From the NCBI GenBank assembly GCA_043818555.1, contig JBDRFP010000002.1, positions 16,774 to 80,773 on the forward strand: a DNA stretch of 64,000 nucleotides, in the 5' to 3' direction. The stretch is from a bacterium (GTDB lineage: Bacteria > Patescibacteriota > Patescibacteriia > UBA9934). Below the pieces are notes generated by a model, which did not search any database, was not told the origin of the DNA, and saw only the letters and a list, made by a program, of their open reading frames with translations. A program made the translations under genes and the position numbers. Position 1 is the first letter of the stretch; each line of letters opens with the position of its first letter. Shown piece after piece: positions 38,457 through 48,871 of the stretch.

Positions 38457-40373
38457 TTATTTTTCGCTTTCCGATCCTTGATCATCAACATCCTTAAACT
38501 CAGCGTCTTTTACTTCAGGCTCGGCGTCGGCAGGTTGATCCCCAGTTTCTGACGCTTGAGCCCCAGTTGCCTGCTCTTGCTGGTACATTTTTGCCCCAAT
38601 CTTCTGAGCCTCTGTGGATAACTCATCAGACGCCTTTTTAATAGCATCGATATCGTCTCCGTCTTTAACAGCCTTCAAAGCATCGATCTTTTCGCCAATT
38701 ACTTTCTTTTCATCGTCAGCGATCTTTTCGCCATACTCACTCATCATTTTCTCAGTTGTGTAGACCATTGTATCAGCCACATTCCTAACTTCAATCTGCT
38801 CCTTTTTCTTTTTATCATCCTCAGCGTGAGTTTCCGCGTCAGCCTTCATCTTTTCGATCTCCTCGTCGCTAAGCCCTGACGAAGCTGTGATTGTAATCTT
38901 CTGCTCACGACCGGTCGCCTTGTCCGCAGCCTTTACGTTTAAGATTCCATTAGCGTCAATATCAAACGAAACTTCAACCTGCGGGATTCCTCGCGGCGCC
39001 GGTGGAATGCCGTCCAGCATAAACTGCCCGAGCAGTTTGTTGTCGACCGCCATCTGACGCTCGCCCTGGTAAACTTTAACATCTACCGAAGGTTGGTTGT
39101 CAGCAGCGGTTGAGAAAATTTGACTCTTGCTTGTTGGAATAGTGCTGTTTCGATCGATCAGCTTGGTGAACACACCGCCGAGCGTCTCAATGCCAAACGA
39201 CAACGGCGTAACATCGAGAAGTAAAATATCTTTCACATCGCCCTGCAAAACTCCAGCCTGAACAGCCGCGCCAAGCGCCACCACTTCGTCCGGGTTCACA
39301 CTAATGTTTGGTTTCTTGCCAAAGAACTCCTCAACTCGCTTTTGCACAATTGGCATGCGAGTCATCCCGCCGACCAGAACGATCTCTTCGATCGCGCTAG
39401 CGTCCAACTTGGCATCAGCCAAAGCCCTTTTAACTGGCTCTAGGGTTTTATCTACAAGTGGCGACACCAGCTCTTCAAGCTTTGAGCGCGTTAGTTTCAT
39501 AACAAGGTGCTTTGGACCTTCAGCGCCCTGAGTAATAAATGGCTGATTAATCTCGGTTTCTTGAGCTGTGGATAACTCGATTTTAGCTCGCTCAGCAGCA
39601 TCTTTCACGCGCTGCATGGCCAAAGAGTCGCCTGCCAAATCAACACCCTCCTGAGTCTTGAACTCTTGAATTATCCAGTCAATTATCACCTTGTCAAAGT
39701 CGTCACCGCCCAAATGAGTGTCGCCGTTGGTTGAAATAACCTCAACAGTTGAATCGGAAACATCGAGCACTGACACATCAAAAGTTCCGCCTCCTAGATC
39801 GTACACAAGAATCTGCTGGCCAACTTTTTTATCAAATCCGTATGCCAGCGCAGCCGCGGTCGGCTCGTTGATTATACGCGATACTTTCAAACCGGCAATC
39901 TCACCAGCGTCCTTAGTAGCCTGGCGCTGTGAGTCATCAAAGTAAGCCGGCACAGTAATCACCGCCTCAGTTACAGGCTCGCCAAGACGCTCTTCGGCAT
40001 CGGCCTTCATCTTTTGGAGAATCATTGCGCTCACTTCCTGCGGCGTATGCTCCTTATCTCCAATCTTCACTGCCACACCTTCGCCACGAGCAACAATTTC
40101 AAACGGCATCACTTTAACATCGTTTTGAATCTCATCGTCGGAAAACCTGCGTCCAATCAGGCGCTTAATCGAGTAAAGTGTGTTATTTGGATTTGTAACT
40201 GCCTGACGCTTTGCCGGCACGCCAACCAGGCGCTCGTTATTCTTTGTGATTGCCACCATTGACGGCGTGGTACGCGCGCCCTCCTTGTTTTCTAAAATTT
40301 TCGGCTGTCCACCCTCCATTACAGCCATTGCGGAATTGGTAGTTCCAAGGTCTATTCCTAGAATTTTTGACAT
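38457..40373 (-). CDS. dnaK: molecular chaperone DnaK
   Basis: [30 protein letters not shown]. Confidence 0.99.
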   Translation of the reverse strand: MSKILGIDLGTTNSAMAVMEGGQPKILENKEGARTTPSMVAITKNNERLVGVPAKRQAVTNPNNTLYSIKRLIGRRFSDDEIQNDVKVMPFEIVARGEGVAVKIGDKEHTPQEVSAMILQKMKADAEERLGEPVTEAVITVPAYFDDSQRQATKDAGEIAGLKVSRIINEPTAAALAYGFDKKVGQQILVYDLGGGTFDVSVLDVSDSTVEVISTNGDTHLGGDDFDKVIIDWIIQEFKTQEGVDLAGDSLAMQRVKDAAERAKIELSTAQETEINQPFITQGAEGPKHLVMKLTRSKLEELVSPLVDKTLEPVKRALADAKLDASAIEEIVLVGGMTRMPIVQKRVEEFFGKKPNISVNPDEVVALGAAVQAGVLQGDVKDILLLDVTPLSFGIETLGGVFTKLIDRNSTIPTSKSQIFSTAADNQPSVDVKVYQGERQMAVDNKLLGQFMLDGIPPAPRGIPQVEVSFDIDANGILNVKAADKATGREQKITITASSGLSDEEIEKMKADAETHAEDDKKKKEQIEVRNVADTMVYTTEKMMSEYGEKIADDEKKVIGEKIDALKAVKDGDDIDAIKKASDELSTEAQKIGAKMYQQEQATGAQASETGDQPADAEPEVKDAEFKDVDDQGSESEK

Positions 40374-40490
40374 AATGTTTCAATTACGAATGTTTATTTC
40401 CCAGCCTGCGGAGTTTTATTCCGGCTTGCCGAGTTTTATTCCTTAAAGCTTAGATTTATTGTCGAATAGGTCGTATGGGTCCTATAGGTC

Positions 40491-41030
40491 CTATCCTGAC
40501 CCTTGATCTTCTGTGACCTGATTCACAATTACCATAGCTGGTCGCAAAACCCCCTTTCCAAGCGTCCAGCCTTTTTGCACAACTTCCAAAATCGCCCCAT
40601 CAGCAGCATCTTTTTCATTCCTCATACCAACCGCTTCATGCAAATTCGGATCAAATTTCCCTGTACTACTAATCTCATGCACTCTATGAAGTTCGAAAAC
40701 ATGTTCAAGTTGACTATGTGCACAAGCGACCCCCTTTAGCCAATTTTCGATCTCAGCTCGCTTGGCTTTGTCGAGCGCTGATAAATCCGGCTGATGACAC
40801 TCTGTCTGTTCCAAGGCATCCATTGCATTAAGTAGTTCAAGAAAAATATCAGATTCGTAACGATACAAAGATTTAAACACCCGGCTTTCAGTATCGCGCT
40901 TTAGGTTCTCATAGTCAGCCAACGCGCGCTTCCAGCCATCCAGATACTCTGCACACTTGGCCTCGAGTTCCTGATCGACTTCTACGCTTTCTATGTCTTC
41001 TACGTTTTTTACATCTTTCTTCTTACTCAT
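40491..41030 (-). CDS. grpE: nucleotide exchange factor GrpE
   Basis: RALADYENLKR, FDPNLHEAV, KGW..LRPA.V.V. Confidence 0.95.
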   Translation of the reverse strand: MSKKKDVKNVEDIESVEVDQELEAKCAEYLDGWKRALADYENLKRDTESRVFKSLYRYESDIFLELLNAMDALEQTECHQPDLSALDKAKRAEIENWLKGVACAHSQLEHVFELHRVHEISSTGKFDPNLHEAVGMRNEKDAADGAILEVVQKGWTLGKGVLRPAMVIVNQVTEDQGSG

Positions 41031-41728
41031 AATTCTTCATCTAATAACTTCTTAGCTTCGCGTAGCAACTTCATGTTTCTCCCATAATCCATACGAAGCG
41101 GGCCAACTAAGCCCATAATTCCTGTAAATCCTCCAGGCATTTTATATTTTACAAGCATCGTTGTCATTTGACTGCCAAACGGACTTTGCTCGCCGATCCA
41201 GACGCTAACATCTCTATCGACACGCTCAAAAACATCATTTAAAACATCGTCAAACTTGTCGATAATGCCAGAGAGCTCGCGCAAAGTGTCCACATTGCCA
41301 AACTCGGGCTTATCGAAAAGATTTGATATTCCAGTGTAATAATTTTGATTAGAGTCCATTGATGAAAACGCGGTTTCGCCTGAAAGCTCAACAAGACATT
41401 TGGCGATTTTGCGAACAATGTCGCGCGGGTCACCAACGTGCTGGCGAGCTTCTACGAGTGGAGCGCGCGGCCGCATCGATCCGGCTGGCTGCATAAACTG
41501 CTCAACATAAAGTCGAAAGCCTTCCTCGGTTGGCACGCGCCCGGCAGAAGTGTGCGGTTGGCGGAGCAGTCCGAAATCCTCGAGCGCAACCATTGTATTT
41601 CGTACCGTAGCCGATGAACACCCAAGGCTAAACTTGTTAACTAAAATTTGCGAAGCAACCGGCTGTGCTGTTTTTACATAATGCTCAATTATGGCTGAAA
41701 GTATTTGTGACTGTCTGTCGGAAAGCAT
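41027..41728 (-). CDS. hrcA: heat-inducible transcription repressor HrcA (short form)
   Basis: RQ.IL..IIE.Y, SSATVRN.M..LE, HTSAGRVPT, GP.RMDY. Confidence 0.95.
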   Translation of the reverse strand: MLSDRQSQILSAIIEHYVKTAQPVASQILVNKFSLGCSSATVRNTMVALEDFGLLRQPHTSAGRVPTEEGFRLYVEQFMQPAGSMRPRAPLVEARQHVGDPRDIVRKIAKCLVELSGETAFSSMDSNQNYYTGISNLFDKPEFGNVDTLRELSGIIDKFDDVLNDVFERVDRDVSVWIGEQSPFGSQMTTMLVKYKMPGGFTGIMGLVGPLRMDYGRNMKLLREAKKLLDEEL

Positions 41729-41855
41729 AAGACAAATTTCCAATTCACAAGCACCCAATCCCCAATGAATTCCCAATGTCCAATCTCCAATTGGTCATTG
41801 GTAATTGGATATTCATTGTATATTGGCTAGTTGGTCATTGGACATTACTCGATCG

Positions 41856-41882
41856 TTAGCAGTCAGTATTATAGACTGCTAA
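41856..41882. promoter_or_regulatory. CIRCE operator variant overlapping the -10 box of the hrcA promoter
   Basis: TTAGCAGTC-N9-GACTGCTAA; minus-strand promoter TTGACG-17-TATAAT. Confidence 0.9.
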
Positions 41883-42067
41883 GTTTGAACCGTCAAGTTT
41901 TTAGACCTACAGACTACAGATTTTTTTGGATTTACAGATCGAAAAACTCGTACTTCATTCTGTATATCTGTAAGCAATCAGTAGTCTGTAGGAAATAAAA
42001 AATCCCCTCAGCAATAAGCTTCGGGGACCAGACACTCTTCGTCAAGACTCCTAGAAAGAGGGATGCC

Positions 42068-42496
42068 CTATTCTTCGCCTTCATCCATAGGAGGAGGCAA
42101 AACCTTGGGCATACCTGGGACATTGTGCAAGAGCAACGGCCCACTTCGGCCATTGAAAACTTGCGAGTGGTGGCGCGGTAGAGTAACTCCGCGCGCTTGC
42201 CGGATCTCTCCAGCTAGAACCTTGAGCTTCAGCACCATGCACTCGTGCCGGGGGCTGAACTCTATGTACGCCTTCGCCGCGCGATCAACAAAGTACTGAT
42301 CACGGAAGAACCTGACCGTGAAGCCAAGCGATGCAAAATCCTCTTCATCAAAATTCTCCGTAGGTAATTTGAAGTTAAAGAAGACAACCAGACCTTCTTT
42401 CAGGTGCCGATACTGCACACCGATCAAGGGGCCAACGATTTCGACCGGGTTAACCCTGATTTCCTCAGGGCATGTTTCTTTTTGGATTGCGCACAT
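42068..42496 (-). CDS. orphan protein (142 aa)
   Basis: SD AAGGAGGT; TTGACT-17-TAGTCT promoter; terminator at about 41995-42030. Confidence 0.75.
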   Translation of the reverse strand: MCAIQKETCPEEIRVNPVEIVGPLIGVQYRHLKEGLVVFFNFKLPTENFDEEDFASLGFTVRFFRDQYFVDRAAKAYIEFSPRHECMVLKLKVLAGEIRQARGVTLPRHHSQVFNGRSGPLLLHNVPGMPKVLPPPMDEGEE

Positions 42497-42679
42497 GGCA
42501 ACCTCCTTCTGAAAAATGAACAGCTGATTAGACTACCATAAATATAGACTTTAGTCAAGTGTTGGCCATTTTCTTCAAACATACTTCGGTCCGGTCTGGC
42601 CACAAACGCCACGAATATAACAAAAAATACGAATTTCAATCAAAAAACATGAAAATCACGGTTTGTTGTAGATTTCTTG

Positions 42680-43528
42680 TTACGCTACCTTTTCGCTAGA
42701 CAAAGCCGCTTCTAACGCATACGCGCTTAGCTTAATGACATAGTCGCGGGCAGATTCTCCGGCATCGTAATTAATATTCACATTCGGATCAATAAACTCG
42801 TACAGCCCGTCAGCCCCTTTCCCAACATATCGCAGCGTTGCTCCCCCGCCTTCACCGACCATATCCTGCAGACGCTTGAATGCAGGATGCTCCGGATTGC
42901 CGGCAAAATCTTCCGCCACTCGCCTCATGGCCTCGGCGCTAAAATCCAATGACACATCTCCTTTCAAATCAAACCCGATCTCTGCAGGTTCCGGCTCAGC
43001 TTCCACTTCCGGCTGAGCGCCCTCCATTCCTAGCATTTGACGGATTTCAGCCTTAAGCTCGGCGACTTTTTCCCTGTCACCTGCAGTCCTTGCGGCATCA
43101 TACTCTGCTTTTATCTGGATCGCCCGCTGGGCTTCTGTTTGAGTTTCCCAGCCGCCGGCTTCCTGAGCCTCAACTTTGTGAGCAGGCATCTCAACCGGAC
43201 CAGCTCCGATCTTCTCACGATGCTCGCGCAAAATCCGCTGCACTTTTTCAAGGTCGGCATCCTGTTGCGACCCTGGCTGTGGAGGACTCTCTAATTCAGC
43301 CTCCTCGCCTCTATTAGCCCACAAGCCCCTAATCTCTTCTCGCAATTCAGACAGCTTTACTTCATCCCCGACTTGTTTAGCGGCCAAATACTCATCCCGA
43401 ATACGCAAAGCTTGCGCAGATTCTGGTTCGTATATATTTTCTACTTGCGGCTCTTCTCGTGTTTCTCGATGTTTCGCAGCCTGAGCCGCTTTGAGTTTTA
43501 GATATGTTGAATCGCTTGATCTTTCCAT
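42680..43528 (-). CDS. acidic hypothetical protein with an internal ~36-aa duplication
   Basis: AQALRIRDEYLAAKQVGDEVKLSELREEIR vs AQRAIQIKAEYDAARTAGDREKVAELKAEIR. Confidence 0.75.
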   Translation of the reverse strand: MERSSDSTYLKLKAAQAAKHRETREEPQVENIYEPESAQALRIRDEYLAAKQVGDEVKLSELREEIRGLWANRGEEAELESPPQPGSQQDADLEKVQRILREHREKIGAGPVEMPAHKVEAQEAGGWETQTEAQRAIQIKAEYDAARTAGDREKVAELKAEIRQMLGMEGAQPEVEAEPEPAEIGFDLKGDVSLDFSAEAMRRVAEDFAGNPEHPAFKRLQDMVGEGGGATLRYVGKGADGLYEFIDPNVNINYDAGESARDYVIKLSAYALEAALSSEKVA

Positions 43529-43543
43529 ACAAAAATTATATTA

Positions 43544-45226
43544 TCACATGTCCCGAATCGCACCAAGCGCCTTTTTTTGACGCCTAGCAAGCGACTCCCA
43601 GGACGCTCGACGGAACTTTTTCTTTTGTAAGATGTCTGAAAATAACTCGCCTCCTAGCACGCTTGGAATAATCACAAAAGTCGCGCCCAACTCGTACATC
43701 TTTTCAATATCCTCTGCGCTCTTTACAGTCACCACGGTTGCCGCCTTGGATTTTTTAACTCTTAGATACTGCAAGATGTCACTACTGATTGCCGCGTCCG
43801 GAATAGTAGAAATTACTAGGTTTGATTTTTCAGCGCGCAGGAAGCTTAAAAAGTCATCGCTTGCTGCGTCGCCATAATGATGCGGGACCCCCCTCTCTTC
43901 CAAATCGTCGATCGCATCCGGGTCGAAATCGGCCACTACATAATCCTCGCCCAGCTTCTGGATTGACGGCAAAATTACCTCGCCCATCCTATGATAGCCA
44001 AACAAAATTATCTTTGGCGCCTTTCTGCGCTTTTTACCTTGCTTATCTTCGCCACGCTCAAGCCATGAAAACATCCAATGAATCTTGTCGTAAATTTGTT
44101 CATTGTAGCCAATGAGATATGTTGAAACCGCAATAGTAAACAGGCCGACAATAGCCGCCATGGTCATAATGCCTCCATTTGCGACTCCGGCCGCGATCGC
44201 GGCAGCAATAATAATAAACGAAAATTCGCTGACCTGCGCAAGGGCCGACCCTGTCAAAAACCCGGTTCGTGGGTGGTATCCAAACGCTCGCAGGATCAAA
44301 ATTACAATAATCGGATTGCCAACCAGAACAAAAATGCTAAACGCTATTGCCGGCACAATCATGTCGCCAAGTGATTCAAATGACAGGTTTGTGCCAAGCA
44401 CAATGAAGAAAATAATAAGGAAAAAGTCGCGTAGCGGGCGGATTTTAGAACCGATTTCGTGCTGGAAGCCGGTGCTGGCAAGCGAAATTCCTGCAAGTAG
44501 AGCGCCAATCTCAATGCCAAAGCCAATAAAATGAAGTGTGCTTGCGACTGCAAAACACCAGGTAAGAGCGGCAAGGAACAACAGCTCTGAAGATTTGGCC
44601 GCGTAGTGCATTAAGTGTGGCAGAATAAATCGACCAAGCGCCCACAAGATTCCTAATACGACTACGCCCTTTAGGATCGAAACAATGAATACGTCTGCCA
44701 CACTCATCCCGCCGGTGCCAAGCGCGCTAAGAGTCAAGAGCGCAAGCATGGCCGCAATGTCCTGGACAATTAGAATCCCAACTGTAATTCGGCCGTAGAA
44801 ACGGTCCAAATCTTCTTTATCGGAAAGCAGCTTGATTATTACGATTGTGCTTGAGAGCGCAAAGGCGATCGACAAAATCAAGCTGGTCCAAACATCAAAC
44901 CCGAGCCAGAAGGCCAGCAGCAATCCAAAGAGTGTTGTAAAAATAATCTGCCCAAGGCCGGCAAGAATTGAAATACGGCCAACATGGCGTACGCTGCGCC
45001 AATCAAGGTTAAGACCAACGAGGAACAGCAAGAAAGCAATGCCGATTTCCGCGAGCGCGTTGAAGATTTCAGGCGAGCGGGCCAGATCGAAAAGACTCGG
45101 GCCAACAAGTAGCCCGGTGATCATGTAAGCGATGATTAGCGGTTGCTTGAGACGAAAAATCACCAGCGCAACAAGGCCGGCTGTTACAATCACCGCCGCG
45201 ATTTCGAGGAAGAGAATGTCGAGCAT
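43544..45226 (-). CDS. Kef-type cation:proton antiporter (CPA2) with TrkA-N domain
   Basis: GIAFLLF..GL, LSST.VI.K, IVQD, SEFSF; C-terminal FGY.RMG. Confidence 0.92.
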   Translation of the reverse strand: MLDILFLEIAAVIVTAGLVALVIFRLKQPLIIAYMITGLLVGPSLFDLARSPEIFNALAEIGIAFLLFLVGLNLDWRSVRHVGRISILAGLGQIIFTTLFGLLLAFWLGFDVWTSLILSIAFALSSTIVIIKLLSDKEDLDRFYGRITVGILIVQDIAAMLALLTLSALGTGGMSVADVFIVSILKGVVVLGILWALGRFILPHLMHYAAKSSELLFLAALTWCFAVASTLHFIGFGIEIGALLAGISLASTGFQHEIGSKIRPLRDFFLIIFFIVLGTNLSFESLGDMIVPAIAFSIFVLVGNPIIVILILRAFGYHPRTGFLTGSALAQVSEFSFIIIAAAIAAGVANGGIMTMAAIVGLFTIAVSTYLIGYNEQIYDKIHWMFSWLERGEDKQGKKRRKAPKIILFGYHRMGEVILPSIQKLGEDYVVADFDPDAIDDLEERGVPHHYGDAASDDFLSFLRAEKSNLVISTIPDAAISSDILQYLRVKKSKAATVVTVKSAEDIEKMYELGATFVIIPSVLGGELFSDILQKKKFRRASWESLARRQKKALGAIRDM

Positions 45227-45327
45227 GGGAGTTCGTTACAGACCTACAAACTGTACAGACTTACAGACTGATTGCGTATTTTTTGATTGTCGGTTCGTAG
45301 GTTCGTATAGTCTGTAGTTCTGTAACG

Positions 45328-45639
45328 TTACTTCGTTACTTTGTGTTCGTCGCCGCGTCGGAGCATGCGTTCGTACACAGATTCAGCAATTAGCTCCATG
45401 GCAATAAGTAGAAATGGTACGGTGAGGAGCATGTAAATTGTAGTGACGATTCTTGAAATTGGCGTTGTTGGTGCCAGGTCTCCAAAGCCGACCGTGGTCA
45501 TGGTTGAGATTGTAAAGTATAGGGCGTCAATAAAACTCCAACCTTCAAGATAAATAAAAACAATCGTACCAAATAAAATCAATACGATTGCGATACTTAT
45601 TAGCCCGCGAAGTCTTGGGTGAGCAATTGCACGTAACAT
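45328..45639 (-). CDS. potassium channel pore-domain protein
   Basis: TMTTVGFGD selectivity filter; 2 TM helices. Confidence 0.93.
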   Translation of the reverse strand: MLRAIAHPRLRGLISIAIVLILFGTIVFIYLEGWSFIDALYFTISTMTTVGFGDLAPTTPISRIVTTIYMLLTVPFLLIAMELIAESVYERMLRRGDEHKVTK

Positions 45640-45865
45640 AAAATCCTCCTGGTTAATTGATGAGGATATTATATCACAGATTGCGGAGGAAGTACTAAGT
45701 AGTAAGTAGTAAGTAGGCGAGAGCTATAGGTCTTATAGGTCCTATGCGACCTATCCGACCCCGACGACTAGCCTCGCAGAGGCCCAGCTCCCCCGGATCC
45801 AATTCCGGGGGTTTTTCTTGACATAATGATGCAAATGCGATATCCTACTCCCACAAATCACAGAC

Positions 45866-45940
45866 GGCCCCATCGTCTAGTGGTTAGGACACATGGTTCT
45901 CATCCATGAAACCGGGGTTCGACTCCCCGTGGGGTCACCA
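45866..45940 (+). tRNA. tRNA-Glu(CTC)
   Basis: cloverleaf; anticodon arm CATGG-TTCTCAT-CCATG; TTCGACT; CCA; TTGACA-17-TATCCT promoter. Confidence 0.96.
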
Positions 45941-46113
45941 CAAAAGCGAGCCAGCTTCAGCTGGGTCGTTTTTGTGATGTTCTGGAGTCGAGCCCCCGCT
46001 CGTAGGTTCGATAACCAAGCGAGTGAGCGGAGAGCTGAGTTTACTCAAGTTCTCCCGAGCGAGTGCAGGATATCTCGAGCGAAGCGAAGAGATTCCCCCT
46101 GGGGTCACCACAA
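45921..46113 (+). mobile_element. ~170-bp non-coding element bounded by a duplicated tRNA-Glu 3' end
   Basis: gactccccgtggggtcaccacaa (45921-45943) vs gattccccctggggtcaccacaa (46091-46113). Confidence 0.65.
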
Positions 46114-46310
46114 GGTCCTCCAACTCAATGCTGGGGGATTTTGTGTTACCTTACAGCCTTAATCACTTTCGCGCGAAAGTATCTAAACTGCTTTCTCGCT
46201 TTCGTACGAAAGCGAGAAAAAGAAATGAGGTAATAAAATACCCCATAGTAGAACCTTGCGGTTCGCTACGGGGCCACACCGCCCGGGTGGGCGGCTGAGT
46301 TGATGGGGTC

Positions 46311-46480
46311 AGTCAGGGTCGCTAGGCTTATCCCAGCCTTCTCCCCACTCCTCCACCAGCTTTTTGAACATGCGATCTGATCGTTCAATCGCGACGTCCA
46401 ACTGCTTAAGTCTTGGACGCACGTAGAGCAGGTGGATCACGACGATTGTAATGCCACCGATCCCGCCTACTACAATCTTA
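46311..46480 (-). pseudogene. 5'-truncated small membrane-protein ORF abutting a REP-like insertion
   Basis: open frame KIVVGGIGGITIVVIHLLYVRPRLKQLDVAIERSDRMFKKLVEEWGEGWDKPSDPD* with no start; begins at the repeat edge. Confidence 0.45.
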
Positions 46481-46612
46481 ACCCTCAGGGTTAAACCTTC
46501 AGGGTTAAACCTTCAGGGTTAAGAGTGTAATCTTGCTAAAATTAGCCAAGCCCATGCTTAAATGGTGGTCAAAATGTATTGTTAACCTTCAGGGTTAAAC
46601 CTTCAGGGTTAA
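46478..46612. repeat. tandem TTAAACCTTCAGGG units in two clusters
   Basis: three units at about 46478-46522 and two at about 46582-46612. Confidence 0.85.
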
Positions 46613-46643
46613 AAATCCGCCCCGAGTTAACGGAGCGGATAGG

Positions 46644-47873
46644 TCATCCCTTGAAAACCAGGATGTAGTACAAGTTGTCGACAGGCATCTGGAAGTTTAC
46701 TTGCGCGCGGAGGTTGTGGACTGTGCCATCCGGCGTGGTGACAGAAACCACCTTGCGCCCAAAGTCGTAATACGGCACCAGAAGCACACCCTCAAACTGC
46801 ATCTTCCTTGCCGCCTGCTCAAACTCATCACTCGTGGCAAAGCTATGCGACTCCCAGCGTTTCAACTCCTTCATGTAGCCGTTTACGATCTTCCAGCAGG
46901 AACGAATCCACTTCGCAACCCTGAACCCGCGGTTGAACATGTTTCTTAGCGCCCCGATCACCTGATCGTCTGTACCATTAACAACCATCTCTGGCTGTAG
47001 CGCGCCAACAGTGAAGGCGAACTTGAGTACTTGGGCAAACGCCGCGTTGTAGATCTTGCCACGCAGGCTGCGGTAGAGCTGTTGATACATACACGCACGA
47101 ACGTCGAGCAAACGCTGAATCGGACCTGTATTTCGAACCGATACGGTACTGTCTCCCACGTAAGTGATTGGCTTGATTACTTGCCAAATAAAGTCATCCG
47201 ACAGATCAATATCAATCACCCTGCAGTCGATCTCCACATAGGAAAGCGTATCGGCAAGCGACTGCACCATTCCAAAAGGTCCGGTTTCAGCCATGACTGT
47301 CAAGACATCAGCAAGATCCACACCGCAAAGCTCTAAAACCCTGTGGATTTCCTCGTCGGTTTGCACAATCTTCAAGCCTCGCCTCTCATGGCCTGAATAT
47401 CCGCAAAGATTCACGAGCGCATTATCCGCATCGTGGCCAAAGGCGCTGTGACCAAAGTCGTGCAACAACCCAGCGAGCGCCAGATTGGCAATTAGCTTAA
47501 ACGGCAGCCCCCGATGCAGGCCGATGGCTATGTTGATCGCCGCGGTCAGCCGGCAGTGCTCCCAGCGCATTTGCGGCAAAGGCTCGCCAGGCTTGCGGTT
47601 GGACTTCAGCCCGAGTTGGCGGTTTACAGCCAGCCGTCTGGCCACCGTATGGTTCTCCAAGTCGAGAAAGCGATCCTCATACATGTCCATAAAGCCGTTG
47701 CCCCAGAACTGCAAGGAAAAGTGATGGTCATCATCCTCGGGCAGGATTCTCTTTACATGCTCGCGCACGCTCATTCTGCGCAGCGCCTCCACGGCTGCGT
47801 CAGCCTCTTCGGTTGGTGAAGGAGCCACTATTGCAGCTTGTGAAAATGCGGCAGCGCCGTCTTGAGGCGTCAT
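46644..47873 (-). CDS. HD-superfamily phosphohydrolase, dNTPase/SAMHD1-like
   Basis: RRL..RQLG, RWEH, LLHDFGH.AFGH, HE, ADTLSY...D; TTGACC-17-TAAACT promoter; SD GAGGAG. Confidence 0.85.
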   Translation of the reverse strand: MTPQDGAAAFSQAAIVAPSPTEEADAAVEALRRMSVREHVKRILPEDDDHHFSLQFWGNGFMDMYEDRFLDLENHTVARRLAVNRQLGLKSNRKPGEPLPQMRWEHCRLTAAINIAIGLHRGLPFKLIANLALAGLLHDFGHSAFGHDADNALVNLCGYSGHERRGLKIVQTDEEIHRVLELCGVDLADVLTVMAETGPFGMVQSLADTLSYVEIDCRVIDIDLSDDFIWQVIKPITYVGDSTVSVRNTGPIQRLLDVRACMYQQLYRSLRGKIYNAAFAQVLKFAFTVGALQPEMVVNGTDDQVIGALRNMFNRGFRVAKWIRSCWKIVNGYMKELKRWESHSFATSDEFEQAARKMQFEGVLLVPYYDFGRKVVSVTTPDGTVHNLRAQVNFQMPVDNLYYILVFKG

Positions 47874-47987
47874 TTACTCTCCTCGTTGTTAGGGCTATGG
47901 TACATCCCCAGATTGTCCCCCGTGTGCCTAGTTTAAAAAATCGACCCATTTGGGTCAATGAAGGCTGTTGATAAGCTCGATTGGGTT

Positions 47988-48779
47988 TTAGGTGATAAAC
48001 ATAAATAATATCAACGCCAAAATGATTCTGTACGCAGCAAACCAGCGATAGTTGGCTTTTTCTATGAATCTAAACAGGAACCTTATCGATACTCCGCCGG
48101 CGATGAATGCGGCAATGAATCCAACTATCATCGAAGCCAGTGGGGTCTCAAGCCCGGTCTGCAGGGCATCATAACCGGTTAAAACTCCTGCGCCGGCAAT
48201 TGCGGGAATCGCAAGCAAAAACGAGAACTTGGCCGCGGTTTTACGATCAAGCCCTGCAAATAAACCTGCAGTAATCGTTAATCCCGAGCGCGAACTGCCC
48301 GGCAACAATGCAATAGCTTGAAACACTCCGATTACAACCGCCTGCCACCATTTCACTTTGCCGATCTTGTCGATTCTGTTTTTAATACTTTCCGAATACC
48401 AGTCCGCTGCCCAAAGAACCGCGCCCCAAAGTGCCAGATTAATAGCCACGAGCCTCACGGTACGGATCTGATCAAAATACGCTCCACTTATCGCCAAGCC
48501 AAAAATCACAACCGGCAGCGTGCCAACAACAATTTTCCAAAACAGCGTCTTGTCTCCTTTACGGCCAAACAGGTCTTTTCCAATCTTCAAAATGTCACCC
48601 CACATCACCCACAAAATCGCGAGCACGGTTGCAAGGTGGATCATTACGTCAAAATCAAGCGCATGAACATCCCAGCCAAAAAGCTCAGGGAAGAAAATTA
48701 AATGCCCTGAACTAGAAATCGGCAGGAATTCTGTGATTCCTTGAACTACGCCCAATATAATCGCCTCAATAATACTCAT
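47988..48779 (-). CDS. uppP: undecaprenyl-diphosphate phosphatase
   Basis: QGITEFLPISSSGHL, PGSSRSG, FSFLL.IP. Confidence 0.97.
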   Translation of the reverse strand: MSIIEAIILGVVQGITEFLPISSSGHLIFFPELFGWDVHALDFDVMIHLATVLAILWVMWGDILKIGKDLFGRKGDKTLFWKIVVGTLPVVIFGLAISGAYFDQIRTVRLVAINLALWGAVLWAADWYSESIKNRIDKIGKVKWWQAVVIGVFQAIALLPGSSRSGLTITAGLFAGLDRKTAAKFSFLLAIPAIAGAGVLTGYDALQTGLETPLASMIVGFIAAFIAGGVSIRFLFRFIEKANYRWFAAYRIILALILFMFIT

Positions 48780-48871
48780 GCAAAAATTCTAAATTCGAAA
48801 TCCTAAATTCTAAATAAGCTCAAAATTATAAATTCGAATTTTGGATTTATTTAGAGTTTAGAGCTTTGGAT

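Noticed and set aside
42068-42496. Ribosomal protein S8-like similarity of the orphan
   Set aside because: Only a vague resemblance with no conserved motif, so it cannot be supported without a profile search.
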